A DNA stretch of 64,000 bases from Patescibacteria group bacterium (GTDB lineage: Bacteria; Patescibacteriota; Minisyncoccia; UBA6257; 2-01-FULL-56-20), in contig JANLHI010000022.1 in the NCBI GenBank assembly GCA_024654525.1, positions 3,931-67,930 on the forward strand. The letters run 5' to 3'. Both the position numbers and the translations under genes were made by a program. Of this stretch, positions 1 through 8,434 are shown one piece after another. Position 1 is the stretch's first letter, and each line of letters starts with the position of its first letter. A model generated the notes under the pieces. The model worked only from the letters and a program-made list of their open reading frames with translations, had not been told where the DNA came from and ran no database searches.

Positions 1-1512
1 TTGAAAGGTGAGTCTAAATGCTGTGGTGCAGTGATCTGCGCATCTGCCATCATGCGCGCACGACACAGTTTTGTTTTCCAAGTCAGCAATCGCTTGATCA
101 GTTATTCTGTCGGGCAAGTCAATGTGGCTGATGTCCACCTTATAATCCCTATTGTCCGGGTCCCTCCATGCAAATCCTCTCTTTATAGCAACATCTTTAT
201 CCAGCGGGAAGAAATCCTGTGCAACTGTATCATTGTATGGATATGGTGAAAGTTCGGACGGAAAAAATTCGCCATATCCGTAAACGCGACCAATTTTATC
301 CGTGTAGGGCATGTCTTTCATGTGTTGAATTATCTGGGGCACCAAAATTTCATACTCTTCTTTCGTATATTGTTTGTTAAGGATGCAATACTCTTTGTGA
401 TGCATCCCCACGCAACCAAACATATGGGAAGAATTATTTACCACAAAACAGTATTGAGTATCGCTGCAATTTTGAAAGCTCTCAAAACAAAACTTTGATC
501 GGGATATGTGATTGCCACTTGCCGCACATTCATAGATAAGTTCGCTGTTCAGCCCATAGCGGAACTGATCATATGAGTCACGGGTTCCCGCAGAATAGAG
601 ACCTTGGCAATATCGAAGATTTTCGCCACTGTTTACGTAATAACTATCCTGGACGTTCTTGGAGTTAAAGATATATTCACCGGTGCAGTTCTCATTCTTG
701 AGTCCGCGCATGTAGCGTACCGGAAATTGTAACCAGAACTGTCTCGTCTTCTCTTTCATAGCAAGAAGAGAACTGTACGATGTTATATCCAGTTTTTTGA
801 TCTCGTGTCCGTACTCTTCCTTCGAGTAAGGCTTATTGAAGATATGGTAATTCTTGTTGCGGAGACCGACACATCCGAAAAGATTAGAACACCCGACGCA
901 GTCTCGGCTAAACGCGATATCATAGGAATCTTCGCAATACGAAGAGAAGAGTGACCGGGAGCACTTCTTGTTGAAAAATGATTCATAGCAAAGTTCGCTA
1001 TCGGTGATATATGAACTGTCGAATAGTTGTCGGCTACGTGTCGAATTATCTGAGTAAGCGCTATCTTCTATAAAAGTACATCCAAAGATCAGATAAGAAT
1101 TCTTGACATCGCTTGCGTTGTTGCAATAATCGCTGTTTACAAAATTAAGAAAGAATCTACTGGGGATTGGGGATTGCCGCAATAGCTCTCCGAATTGGGT
1201 AAAAAATGGCCTCTCCCAATCATAATCTCTGCCCGAGGCGTTTTGATCCCAGTTGTCCGAGAACCAGTAGTCCTTATCGACCACCTTCGCTCCAGAAAAA
1301 TCGTTGGTCCCTGATAGAATTTTCTCACCACTAATAACGTCTTTCGCGTGATATAGGTATCGTTCGTTCCACCATGCCATTCTCCGTTGCATCCGGCATG
1401 TAGAGCACCATGTCGGCGGTGGAACTTCTATTTTTTTGTAAAAATCAAAATCTTCCGGATCAATCGTGAACTGATTCTTGCAGTTTTGGCATGCCCGAGT
1501 TTCTGAGTCCAT
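1..1512 (-). CDS. Cys-rich repeat protein with N-terminal CxxC..CxxC zinc ribbon. Partial: C-terminus lies beyond the window start.
   Basis: Manual translation from ATG at 1512 reads more than 500 codons to the window edge without a stop. It is absent from the ORF track because no stop lies in the window. The N-terminus reads MDSETRACQNCKNQF..WCSTCRMQRRMAWWNERYLYH. The block FGCVG(L/M)..K.Y.I.NK.Y.KEEY occurs twice. Confidence 0.5.
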   Translation of the reverse strand, partial: MDSETRACQNCKNQFTIDPEDFDFYKKIEVPPPTWCSTCRMQRRMAWWNERYLYHAKDVISGEKILSGTNDFSGAKVVDKDYWFSDNWDQNASGRDYDWERPFFTQFGELLRQSPIPSRFFLNFVNSDYCNNASDVKNSYLIFGCTFIEDSAYSDNSTRSRQLFDSSYITDSELCYESFFNKKCSRSLFSSYCEDSYDIAFSRDCVGCSNLFGCVGLRNKNYHIFNKPYSKEEYGHEIKKLDITSYSSLLAMKEKTRQFWLQFPVRYMRGLKNENCTGEYIFNSKNVQDSYYVNSGENLRYCQGLYSAGTRDSYDQFRYGLNSELIYECAASGNHISRSKFCFESFQNCSDTQYCFVVNNSSHMFGCVGMHHKEYCILNKQYTKEEYEILVPQIIQHMKDMPYTDKIGRVYGYGEFFPSELSPYPYNDTVAQDFFPLDKDVAIKRGFAWRDPDNRDYKVDISHIDLPDRITDQAIADLENKTVSCAHDGRCADHCTTAFRLTFQ

Positions 1513-1765
1513 AGATTAATCGTACCAGAGAATATGGAAATCATTATATCTCAGCCGCGGACTTCCGCATCTCATTTGTCTCATTTTGAATGACAGGGAT
1601 GCCTAATCCTCCCATCTATCCCAGATCTCAGGAAAACTTTATACTGCTTGCATTGGCTGGGTTCCGAACCGAACCGGGCAGCAACTAAGCGAGAGCGAAG
1701 GAGTACTGAGGCCAATAGGCCGAATGTGCCAAATTTCAGAATTCGAATTTTTTACCAACAAAAAG

Positions 1766-2464
1766 TTATATTCCCTCGTACACTACGTCTTTTCTTTCCA
1801 CTACGATTTTCCAACCCTTACGTTTCGCGGTGCGGTAAAGCTTTTGATTCGGATTGAAACAAATCGGCTTCTCTACCAATTCAAGAAATCGAATATCGGA
1901 TTCCGTATCTCCCACTCCCACGGAACCGCGCAAGGTCAAATTTTCCTTCTCCACCGCTCTTTGGAGAACTTTTGATTTATCGAAAATAATATCCTCGTGC
2001 ATCATGGCACCCGTGAACCTTCCCTTTCCATCCACTTCATACATCAACCCATACACTTTCGTGAATCCGAGATTCTTGCAAAACATATCCACCGCCGTTT
2101 TAGGAGAGTGGGAAATCGCAAGCACATAATACTTTTTCTTTTTTAATTCCCGCACAAGGTTGCGGGTATAGTGATACACCCGATTTTTATGGAGTGCCAC
2201 TACCCTCTTTGCCACACGAAAAAAATCATCAAACCGCACTCCCTCCACATTGCGCCGGAATACCGTAACCACACTGGTAATATACGTTTCATAATCCCCC
2301 TTCCGATCAAGCCATTTCTGCTTATCCCGCGCATAGATATTCCGCACATCGGGAGTGAAAATCCCCTCGGCGATAAGCTCTTCGACAAGCTCAATCAAAA
2401 GACTTGAGCGAAAAATCGTCCCGTCGATATCAAATATGGCAACCTTTCTGCGCGGTGTATCCAT
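1766..2464 (-). CDS. HAD-superfamily hydrolase, subfamily IB (phosphoserine phosphatase-like)
   Basis: DIDGT motif near the N-terminus (VAIFDIDGTIF). GVGDTESD near the C-terminus. About 230 aa. Confidence 0.8.
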   Translation of the reverse strand: MDTPRRKVAIFDIDGTIFRSSLLIELVEELIAEGIFTPDVRNIYARDKQKWLDRKGDYETYITSVVTVFRRNVEGVRFDDFFRVAKRVVALHKNRVYHYTRNLVRELKKKKYYVLAISHSPKTAVDMFCKNLGFTKVYGLMYEVDGKGRFTGAMMHEDIIFDKSKVLQRAVEKENLTLRGSVGVGDTESDIRFLELVEKPICFNPNQKLYRTAKRKGWKIVVERKDVVYEGI

Positions 2465-2539
2465 AGCTCTATTTTACGTCATTCTCCACGCCACACCCAA
2501 CTTTACAAAAAGCGCATCCCAAACGCATTAATCGACTCA

Positions 2540-3898
2540 CTATTTTTCTTTTGTAGAATTTCCAAGAGACTGTTCAAGCGCTTCAAGGTTTCCGTCCACC
2601 ACATCGTAGGAATTTGCATAATCCTCTTTTGCACCATTTTTGTGAAACTTAATTCCCGAATCTGTAAATTTGATGCCGGATGCGGTTGAGATGGAAACCA
2701 CCACATCATCTTCTTTAATAGTATTTTCTGCACGCGCCTGCATCACGCAATTGAGCGCAACCGCGCTTTGCGGGCACACATTCGCACCCGCACGCATAAA
2801 TCGCGCCCACGTTTTGAGAATCGCCTCCTCCTCGACGCTGTAAAACTTGATATTAAATTTCTCATAGAGCTTTTTTACTCTCGGGAAACTTACAGGGTCG
2901 TTAATATTCATCGCGCTTGCAACCGTATCTTTGAATGTTCCGGGAGCGTATTCCGTGAATTCGCTCTTTGCCCAGCGCGCAAGCGTATTTGCCGATGCGG
3001 ACTGTGATCCGATTATTCCCGGAAGCTTATCAATCAACCCCAATTCTTTTGCGCGCAACAAACTATTAAGCAATGCCGCAAGATTCCCGCTATTGCCGAT
3101 AGGAATTGCAATCCAATCGGGCACTTTCCAAGAAAAGTCTTGCAAAATCTCGAGTGCGATGGTTTCCTGTCCCACCACGCGCATATCGTTCTTGCTGTTC
3201 ACTAATACATATTCCGGATGCGCCTTGGTAAATTCTTGGATGAGTTTCATACACCCATCGAATCCCTGCGGATGGCGAATCGCTTTTACGGTTGCACCGT
3301 GCGTCATCGCCTGAAAAAGTTGGGAATCGGAAACTTTTTCGTACGGCAAAAGCACCACGCAAGAAAGTCTGTCGCGCACATATGCCGCATACACCGCCGC
3401 GGATGCAGAAGTATCTCCCGTAGACGCACAGGAAATTCCTTTGATGCCAAGTTGGGGATATTCCTTTTGTAATCGCAACGCATCGGAAATCGCTACGGGC
3501 ATTCCACGATCTTTAAAACTCTCGGAAGGCGCCTGCCCCTCCATTTTGATATACAAATTATTCATTCCCAACTCTTTTTTGAGCCATGCGGGAACTTCGA
3601 ATAAATCCGTTTGTCCTTCGTTGAGGGATAAAATATATTCCTTGGGAAACCCGGGAAGAATAAAATCCCGCCATAACCATACTCCGGAATTATTGGGATA
3701 CATCCTTCGCGATGCACCAAAACGAAGATCATTGAAATATGCTTGCGCATGCGCCCCGTCTCCCACTCTCGATTTCACAAAGTCCTCATCCCGTACCACC
3801 ATCAGCAAATTGCCGCATTCGGGACATACGTATAAAAACCGGTCAGGGTCGAATTTTTTCTCGCATGCAATACATTGATGCCAGTAATGGAATTCCAT
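2540..3898 (-). CDS. thrC: Threonine synthase with N-terminal Cys4 zinc ribbon
   Basis: PLP fold-type II motifs SFKDRG and GNSGN. 452 aa. N-terminal CxxC..CxxC. Confidence 0.8.
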   Translation of the reverse strand: MEFHYWHQCIACEKKFDPDRFLYVCPECGNLLMVVRDEDFVKSRVGDGAHAQAYFNDLRFGASRRMYPNNSGVWLWRDFILPGFPKEYILSLNEGQTDLFEVPAWLKKELGMNNLYIKMEGQAPSESFKDRGMPVAISDALRLQKEYPQLGIKGISCASTGDTSASAAVYAAYVRDRLSCVVLLPYEKVSDSQLFQAMTHGATVKAIRHPQGFDGCMKLIQEFTKAHPEYVLVNSKNDMRVVGQETIALEILQDFSWKVPDWIAIPIGNSGNLAALLNSLLRAKELGLIDKLPGIIGSQSASANTLARWAKSEFTEYAPGTFKDTVASAMNINDPVSFPRVKKLYEKFNIKFYSVEEEAILKTWARFMRAGANVCPQSAVALNCVMQARAENTIKEDDVVVSISTASGIKFTDSGIKFHKNGAKEDYANSYDVVDGNLEALEQSLGNSTKEK

Positions 3899-3944
3899 AG
3901 CTCCCTAATCTAACCACAGAATGACAATTTGGAAAATCCGCTCA

Positions 3945-4571
3945 CTACTCTTCTATTTTTGCGAGAAATTGATCCACGCCAAATCCCGGCGTTCTTAATT
4001 CGCCATACTCAAGCACCACATCGGCATAACGCTTATACATTGCGTTTCTACTTCGAAGAAGCTCCAGATAACATCGAGCCAATGCTTCCTGCGGAGACTC
4101 GTGTGGATGTGGAATATATCTATCACCCCAAATCACCGGCTTTGGTTCGAGAAGGTAATCCCGATACAATTTTTCCCGTAGACTTTCCGGGGCATCCAAT
4201 GCTACCATCGTGCTCATACTCTTGAGTTTTTTAAAAATAACTTCTTCCGCATAAATACTGCTTCCGGTGGTATCGATGACAACATTTCCCCTACTATCCT
4301 GCAACATCAGAATCGCCTCGTTCATTGCCGAAGTTTCTTCTGCAAGATAGAGTGCCGCACATTCCTTGTACCGCGTTTCGTAGGGTTGACCCATCCAGCG
4401 GGCAACATCCTGAATACCTTTATACCCATTTGCTTGAAGATGAGGCGAAAGCCCCAACTCAATCCGATCATCACATGAAAAAGAAGTAAAACCGGCATTT
4501 TCAAACCTTTTTCTCCAAAAGGATTTCCCCACATTTGACATGCCCATAAGGGTAAGACTCATATTTTTCAT
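3945..4571 (-). CDS. P-loop NTPase kinase (shikimate/gluconate-kinase-like fold)
   Basis: Walker A GMSNVGKS at the N-terminus. 208 aa. Immediately upstream of thrC on the same strand. Confidence 0.55.
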   Translation of the reverse strand: MKNMSLTLMGMSNVGKSFWRKRFENAGFTSFSCDDRIELGLSPHLQANGYKGIQDVARWMGQPYETRYKECAALYLAEETSAMNEAILMLQDSRGNVVIDTTGSSIYAEEVIFKKLKSMSTMVALDAPESLREKLYRDYLLEPKPVIWGDRYIPHPHESPQEALARCYLELLRSRNAMYKRYADVVLEYGELRTPGFGVDQFLAKIEE

Positions 4572-4677
4572 ACCTCCAGTGTAATGGTTTTAATAAAACA
4601 CACAAAAAGCATACAGAAAAAAAATGTAACACCTCAAAAATTCTCCTTGCATATTCCCCAATTAGAGACTACGCTGT

Positions 4678-5199
4678 GTGCATATGAGCGACTTTAGAAA
4701 ACCGAGAGAGTTTGGCGGGAATCGAGGAGAGAATAGATTTGGAAGAAGGAATTCCGATCGTCCGAGTTTTGGCAATCGACCCACGGGACCCTCTCGCAAC
4801 GGAGGTGGAGATTTTCACCGTCCCGAGATGCACCGCGCGGTATGCAGTAAATGTGGAAACTCGTGTGAAGTGCCTTTTCGCCCCAATGGCAAAAAACCGG
4901 TGTATTGCAGTGAATGTTTCGGAAATACCACAAGGAGCACTCCTTCCGATAACTTTCAAAGAAGGGATTCAAACACTCCTTCTCCGGCACAGCCCCAGGC
5001 GAGAGACACAAGAATTGATGATTTAAAAGGACAGATGGACGCAGTGCAGTCAAAGCTTGATAAAATCCTCAAAATAATCGAGTCACACTCCCACTCTGTC
5101 GCTCCGATAATTGTTCCTGAAAAAGTTTCGGCTCCAAAAGAAGAAAAGAAGAAGGCAACCGCAGTCAAAAAATCTCCCGCAAAAAAGAAGAATTCATAG
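4678..5199 (+). CDS. RG-rich low-complexity protein with CxxC-x17-CxxC zinc ribbon (VPF..PVYC motif) and a lysine-rich tail
   Basis: CSKCGNSCEVPFRPNGKKPVYCSECF. The RG/RGG-rich N-terminus suggests RNA binding. The antisense ORFs are lower complexity. Confidence 0.5.
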   Translation: MHMSDFRKPREFGGNRGENRFGRRNSDRPSFGNRPTGPSRNGGGDFHRPEMHRAVCSKCGNSCEVPFRPNGKKPVYCSECFGNTTRSTPSDNFQRRDSNTPSPAQPQARDTRIDDLKGQMDAVQSKLDKILKIIESHSHSVAPIIVPEKVSAPKEEKKKATAVKKSPAKKKNS

Positions 5200-5220
5200 A
5201 TTGCATCCTCACGTAAGGAT

Positions 5221-5463
5221 ATGCCGTATTTTGTGTATCTTATGGAATGTACGGACGGAAGTCTTTATACCGGCATTACGACCAACCTTGAAAGAAGGTT
5301 TGAAGAACACGTATCGCGCCACGGTGGAAATTATACTCGCGCTCATAAAGCGCGGAGGATTGTTTATACTGAAGAATATCCCTCGCGATCGGAAGCGCTG
5401 AAGCGCGAAGCGGAAATAAAAAGCTGGCAACGAAAGAAAAAACTTATGTTAATTAAAAAATAG
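5221..5463 (+). CDS. GIY-YIG nuclease family protein
   Basis: N-terminal YFVYLMECTDGSLYTGITTNLERRFEEH, the GIY-YIG signature. 80 aa. Confidence 0.8.
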   Translation: MPYFVYLMECTDGSLYTGITTNLERRFEEHVSRHGGNYTRAHKARRIVYTEEYPSRSEALKREAEIKSWQRKKKLMLIKK

Positions 5464-5485
5464 TGCGGTGATATACTGAAAGGAA

Positions 5486-5953
5486 ATGGCTCATATCCAC
5501 GAAAAAATAGATTTCACCGCGAGCGCATACATCGTATACAAAAATACCGTGCTTCTCCGGAAACATGACAAATATGGCGCGTGGCTCGACGTCGGCGGGC
5601 ACATTGAACCCGATGAAGACCCCAATCAAGCCGTACTCCGAGAAGTAAAAGAGGAGGTGGGTCTCGATGTAATACTTGCGGGAAAAATTCGCACGTTCGA
5701 CAACGACTCCGAGACAGAACTCATACCCCCTCGCTTCCTCAATCGCCACCGCATCAACACCACGCATGAGCATATAGACCTCGTCTACTTTGCAACCAGC
5801 ACCACCAACATCATCAGAGAAACCGACGGGCGGGAAAAGAGCGAAGAAATAAGGTGGTTCACCAAAGAAGAACTTCTCGACCCCAAGCTCCAAATCTGGG
5901 AACGGGTACGGTACTATGCGCTCACGGCACTCGAGGAAATAGCCGGAAAATAA
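5486..5953 (+). CDS. NUDIX hydrolase
   Basis: Nudix box GGHIEPDEDPNQAVLREVKEEVGL. Confidence 0.85.
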   Translation: MAHIHEKIDFTASAYIVYKNTVLLRKHDKYGAWLDVGGHIEPDEDPNQAVLREVKEEVGLDVILAGKIRTFDNDSETELIPPRFLNRHRINTTHEHIDLVYFATSTTNIIRETDGREKSEEIRWFTKEELLDPKLQIWERVRYYALTALEEIAGK

Positions 5954-5954
5954 T

Positions 5955-6977
5955 ATGGTAAAACTTTTTCTTATCTCCGGAATAATTGCGCTTGCGATTG
6001 CAATAGGACTCGCCATTGAACCCCGGCAAGTGGTTATCGCGCCCCCTCAAACAAATACCCAAAATACGGAAGAACTTGCAATTATCGCGGAGCAAATCCC
6101 CGCAACAGGCACGCAAAATCCTCCCGTTGCACTCCCGCTCGAAACCCTGCCGGAACCGCTTCCGGAAACAAAAATTCCACTCGCCGCAACCAAAGCATCC
6201 CTCATAGCGCCGGAGGAAATTCTTCAGGGAAACGTTGGAAGGATTACCACCGATGATGCGCCATTTCTCAAAAAAGTGGTTTTTGACGGTGTGGAGATTC
6301 CGACATTCGTGTACGCCGGAAAACCCCGCACATTCATCGCAATAGACCTCGCCAAAAAACCGGGGACGTATGACTTGAAAACCACGCTTACGAACGGCGA
6401 AACCATTTCGAAAAAAATTGCGGTGATAGAACGAAAAAAACCACTCGTAGAAGAAGTTTCTATTCCAGAAAAGATTGGCGGGAATACTGAAGTAGGACAA
6501 AACAATTATTTAACCTCGATGAATGAGGCAAATACTGATATTAAAAACATCGTTACCGCACATGCAATCACTTGGACGCAAGAATTTATCCCTCCCCTTA
6601 CCAACATCACGATTACCAATCCTTATGGATATGGGGTAAGCACCGGCGCGTATGTTATTCCTCATAAAGGTACGGACTTTAAAGCGGCAGTGGGAACAAA
6701 ACTTGTCGCAATGAACAGTGGCGTGGTAAAAATTTCAAAAAACTACCCTTTCTCATACGGCAATATGGTAGTGATAGATCACGGACTGGGAATCGAGACA
6801 CTGTATCTCCACCTTTCGCGAATGGATGTAAAAGTTGGAGATGCTGTTGCGCGAGGACAAACTATCGGACTCTCGGGTGACACGGGCTACGTCTCGGGAC
6901 CTCATCTCCACTTGAGCATAAAAGTAGGCGGCATTTCGATTGACCCGATGCAGTTTTTAAAATTGTTTAACCCGTAG
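5955..6977 (+). CDS. M23 family metallopeptidase (LytM-like), membrane anchored
   Basis: N-terminal TM helix. C-terminal HKGTDF..NMVVIDHG..GDTGYVSGPHLHLS. Confidence 0.85.
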   Translation: MVKLFLISGIIALAIAIGLAIEPRQVVIAPPQTNTQNTEELAIIAEQIPATGTQNPPVALPLETLPEPLPETKIPLAATKASLIAPEEILQGNVGRITTDDAPFLKKVVFDGVEIPTFVYAGKPRTFIAIDLAKKPGTYDLKTTLTNGETISKKIAVIERKKPLVEEVSIPEKIGGNTEVGQNNYLTSMNEANTDIKNIVTAHAITWTQEFIPPLTNITITNPYGYGVSTGAYVIPHKGTDFKAAVGTKLVAMNSGVVKISKNYPFSYGNMVVIDHGLGIETLYLHLSRMDVKVGDAVARGQTIGLSGDTGYVSGPHLHLSIKVGGISIDPMQFLKLFNP

Positions 6978-6978
6978 A

Positions 6979-7033
6979 AATAAAAGAAGCCTCACTCATC
7001 GTTAGACAAGCAAGGCTTCCCATGTTTTTTTGC
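6979..7033. repeat. Copy 1 of a 55-bp direct repeat containing a hairpin (GAAGCCT-20 nt-AGGCTTC) flanked by A/T runs. Bidirectional terminator-like.
   Basis: Identical 55 nt at 8366..8420. Sits between convergent M23 peptidase and minus-strand genes. Confidence 0.7.
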
Positions 7034-7054
7034 CTCATTGCATCAGTGCGTGAT

Positions 7055-7432
7055 TCACTTCGCCTTAATGGTGCGAACTTTCACCTCTTGCGCCGCAATG
7101 ACGATGATAACAGGCTCCTCCCACGGATGATTAGGAACAATACCCTCGTTTATCACCCTTTCGAGAAGCTTCGCGTCTCCCGGAATGGAAAACTCCACCT
7201 TCACAGACTGGAAACTTGCAAGTTTCCTGATTTCACCAGAAGTGGGCGTAGAACCCTCAAGCGGGCGAAATTGCTCGACGCCGGGAGCGGACGACCATGC
7301 AACGGAGTCGTAATTTCCATGACGCAAGGCCGAGACCTTTATAACGCCTTCGATAAGCCGACTCGCATGTTCCGGCGATACAAATGTGGCGACACGATAT
7401 ACAGAAGAGAATCCGACCTTTTTAGTGCTCAT
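7055..7432 (-). CDS. Hypothetical protein, possibly CutA1/PII-like fold
   Basis: 125 aa. C-terminal HPWEEPVIIV resembles the CutA HPYEVPEII motif. Weak call. Confidence 0.35.
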   Translation of the reverse strand: MSTKKVGFSSVYRVATFVSPEHASRLIEGVIKVSALRHGNYDSVAWSSAPGVEQFRPLEGSTPTSGEIRKLASFQSVKVEFSIPGDAKLLERVINEGIVPNHPWEEPVIIVIAAQEVKVRTIKAK

Positions 7433-7542
7433 AACTTACTCCGATATGAATATACGGTTGGTTCCGTATTTATGTTGTTAATAGACCCGAAGCGGCAATA
7501 GTACTATTTGCGATTCATATTTGCAAGACCTTATATAATCAC

Positions 7543-7581
7543 AAATAAAAAAACCAGGGACGATTATGGTAATCGTCCCGG
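7543..7581 (-). terminator. Intrinsic terminator (10-bp stem GGGACGATTA/TAATCGTCCC followed by a U-run)
   Basis: Hairpin at 7554..7581 with a run of A at 7544..7553 on the plus strand. Lies after the stop of the 229-aa gene. Confidence 0.6.
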
Positions 7582-7601
7582 TTGGATTGATGGTTCTTTG
7601 T

Positions 7602-8291
7602 TTAAGTCTCACAACTAGGAAATCCCCCCCAACTTTTAGGTCTTTCTAAACTTTGAATCCCCACGCGCTTATCACACGAGGGTGTGCCATAGTATAAGCT
7701 TGCATGCCTATCCTTATAAGTACACAAAACAGGAAAACCGTTACGAAGACAAATTCGCGGGGAACGCCTTGAAAGTTTTGGCACCTTATGTCGTGAGGCA
7801 TTGGCAATTATATTATGATGTCGTAACACAGGAAAAACTGAAGCATGGACAATACATTCAAAAACAGTGTATGAAAACCTTCCCTCACACGCAAGCTCCC
7901 GTAGAGATTCAATATGTTTCATATCCATACAAGCTCTTCCATCTTCAACATTAGTCGCAATATAAGGACCATCGGGAACCTGTACAAGATTGCGAATCTT
8001 CCCCGCTTCAAGATCATTCCAACCTCTTACTCCATCATCCCACACCAAAAAAGACATAAGACGACTTAAATCGAGCGGGTCGGGTCGTCTCGGGACAAGG
8101 AGAGTGAGTCCTTTTTCGGGTACGAATTCAGCAAGGCGGCGGAGTTCATCTTCGTCACCTAATCCGATGTCAACCCAAAACGCAATTTGATGATAAAAAA
8201 GTTCGCGTGGGGTTGGGACGAACAAAGATGGTGAATGAGAAATTATTATCTCTTCATACTGCTCAACGGTAATTATGGGAAATGCTTTCAT
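7602..8291 (-). CDS. Hypothetical protein (229 aa), no recognizable domain
   Basis: ORF track. A C7 homopolymer near the 3' end means the C-terminus may be frameshifted. Confidence 0.45.
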   Translation of the reverse strand: MKAFPIITVEQYEEIIISHSPSLFVPTPRELFYHQIAFWVDIGLGDEDELRRLAEFVPEKGLTLLVPRRPDPLDLSRLMSFLVWDDGVRGWNDLEAGKIRNLVQVPDGPYIATNVEDGRACMDMKHIESLRELACEGRFSYTVFECIVHASVFPVLRHHNIIANASRHKVPKLSRRSPRICLRNGFPVLCTYKDRHASLYYGTPSCDKRVGIQSLERPKSWGGFPSCET

Positions 8292-8365
8292 ATCTAATCA
8301 TCTAAATTTTTCAAATCCATTAAACTGCGCTAAAACTAGCAAGAAAAAGGTTATGCTGTCAACAA

Positions 8366-8420
8366 AAATAAAAGAAGCCTCACTCATCGTTAGACAAGCA
8401 AGGCTTCCCATGTTTTTTTG
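8366..8420. repeat. Copy 2 of the 55-bp direct repeat / bidirectional terminator
   Basis: Identical to 6979..7033. Lies immediately downstream of the metG stop. Confidence 0.7.
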
Positions 8421-8434
8421 TGCCATCACAGAGG

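Noticed and set aside
1600-1700. tRNA-like GGTTCCGAACCGAACC segment in the intergenic region
   Set aside because: No cloverleaf could be built: no acceptor pairing and no anticodon arm.
7022-7501. 159-aa plus-strand ORF overlapping the 125-aa minus-strand gene
   Set aside because: It starts inside the terminator repeat and gives an Arg-rich, low-complexity translation. The minus-strand frame looks protein-like.
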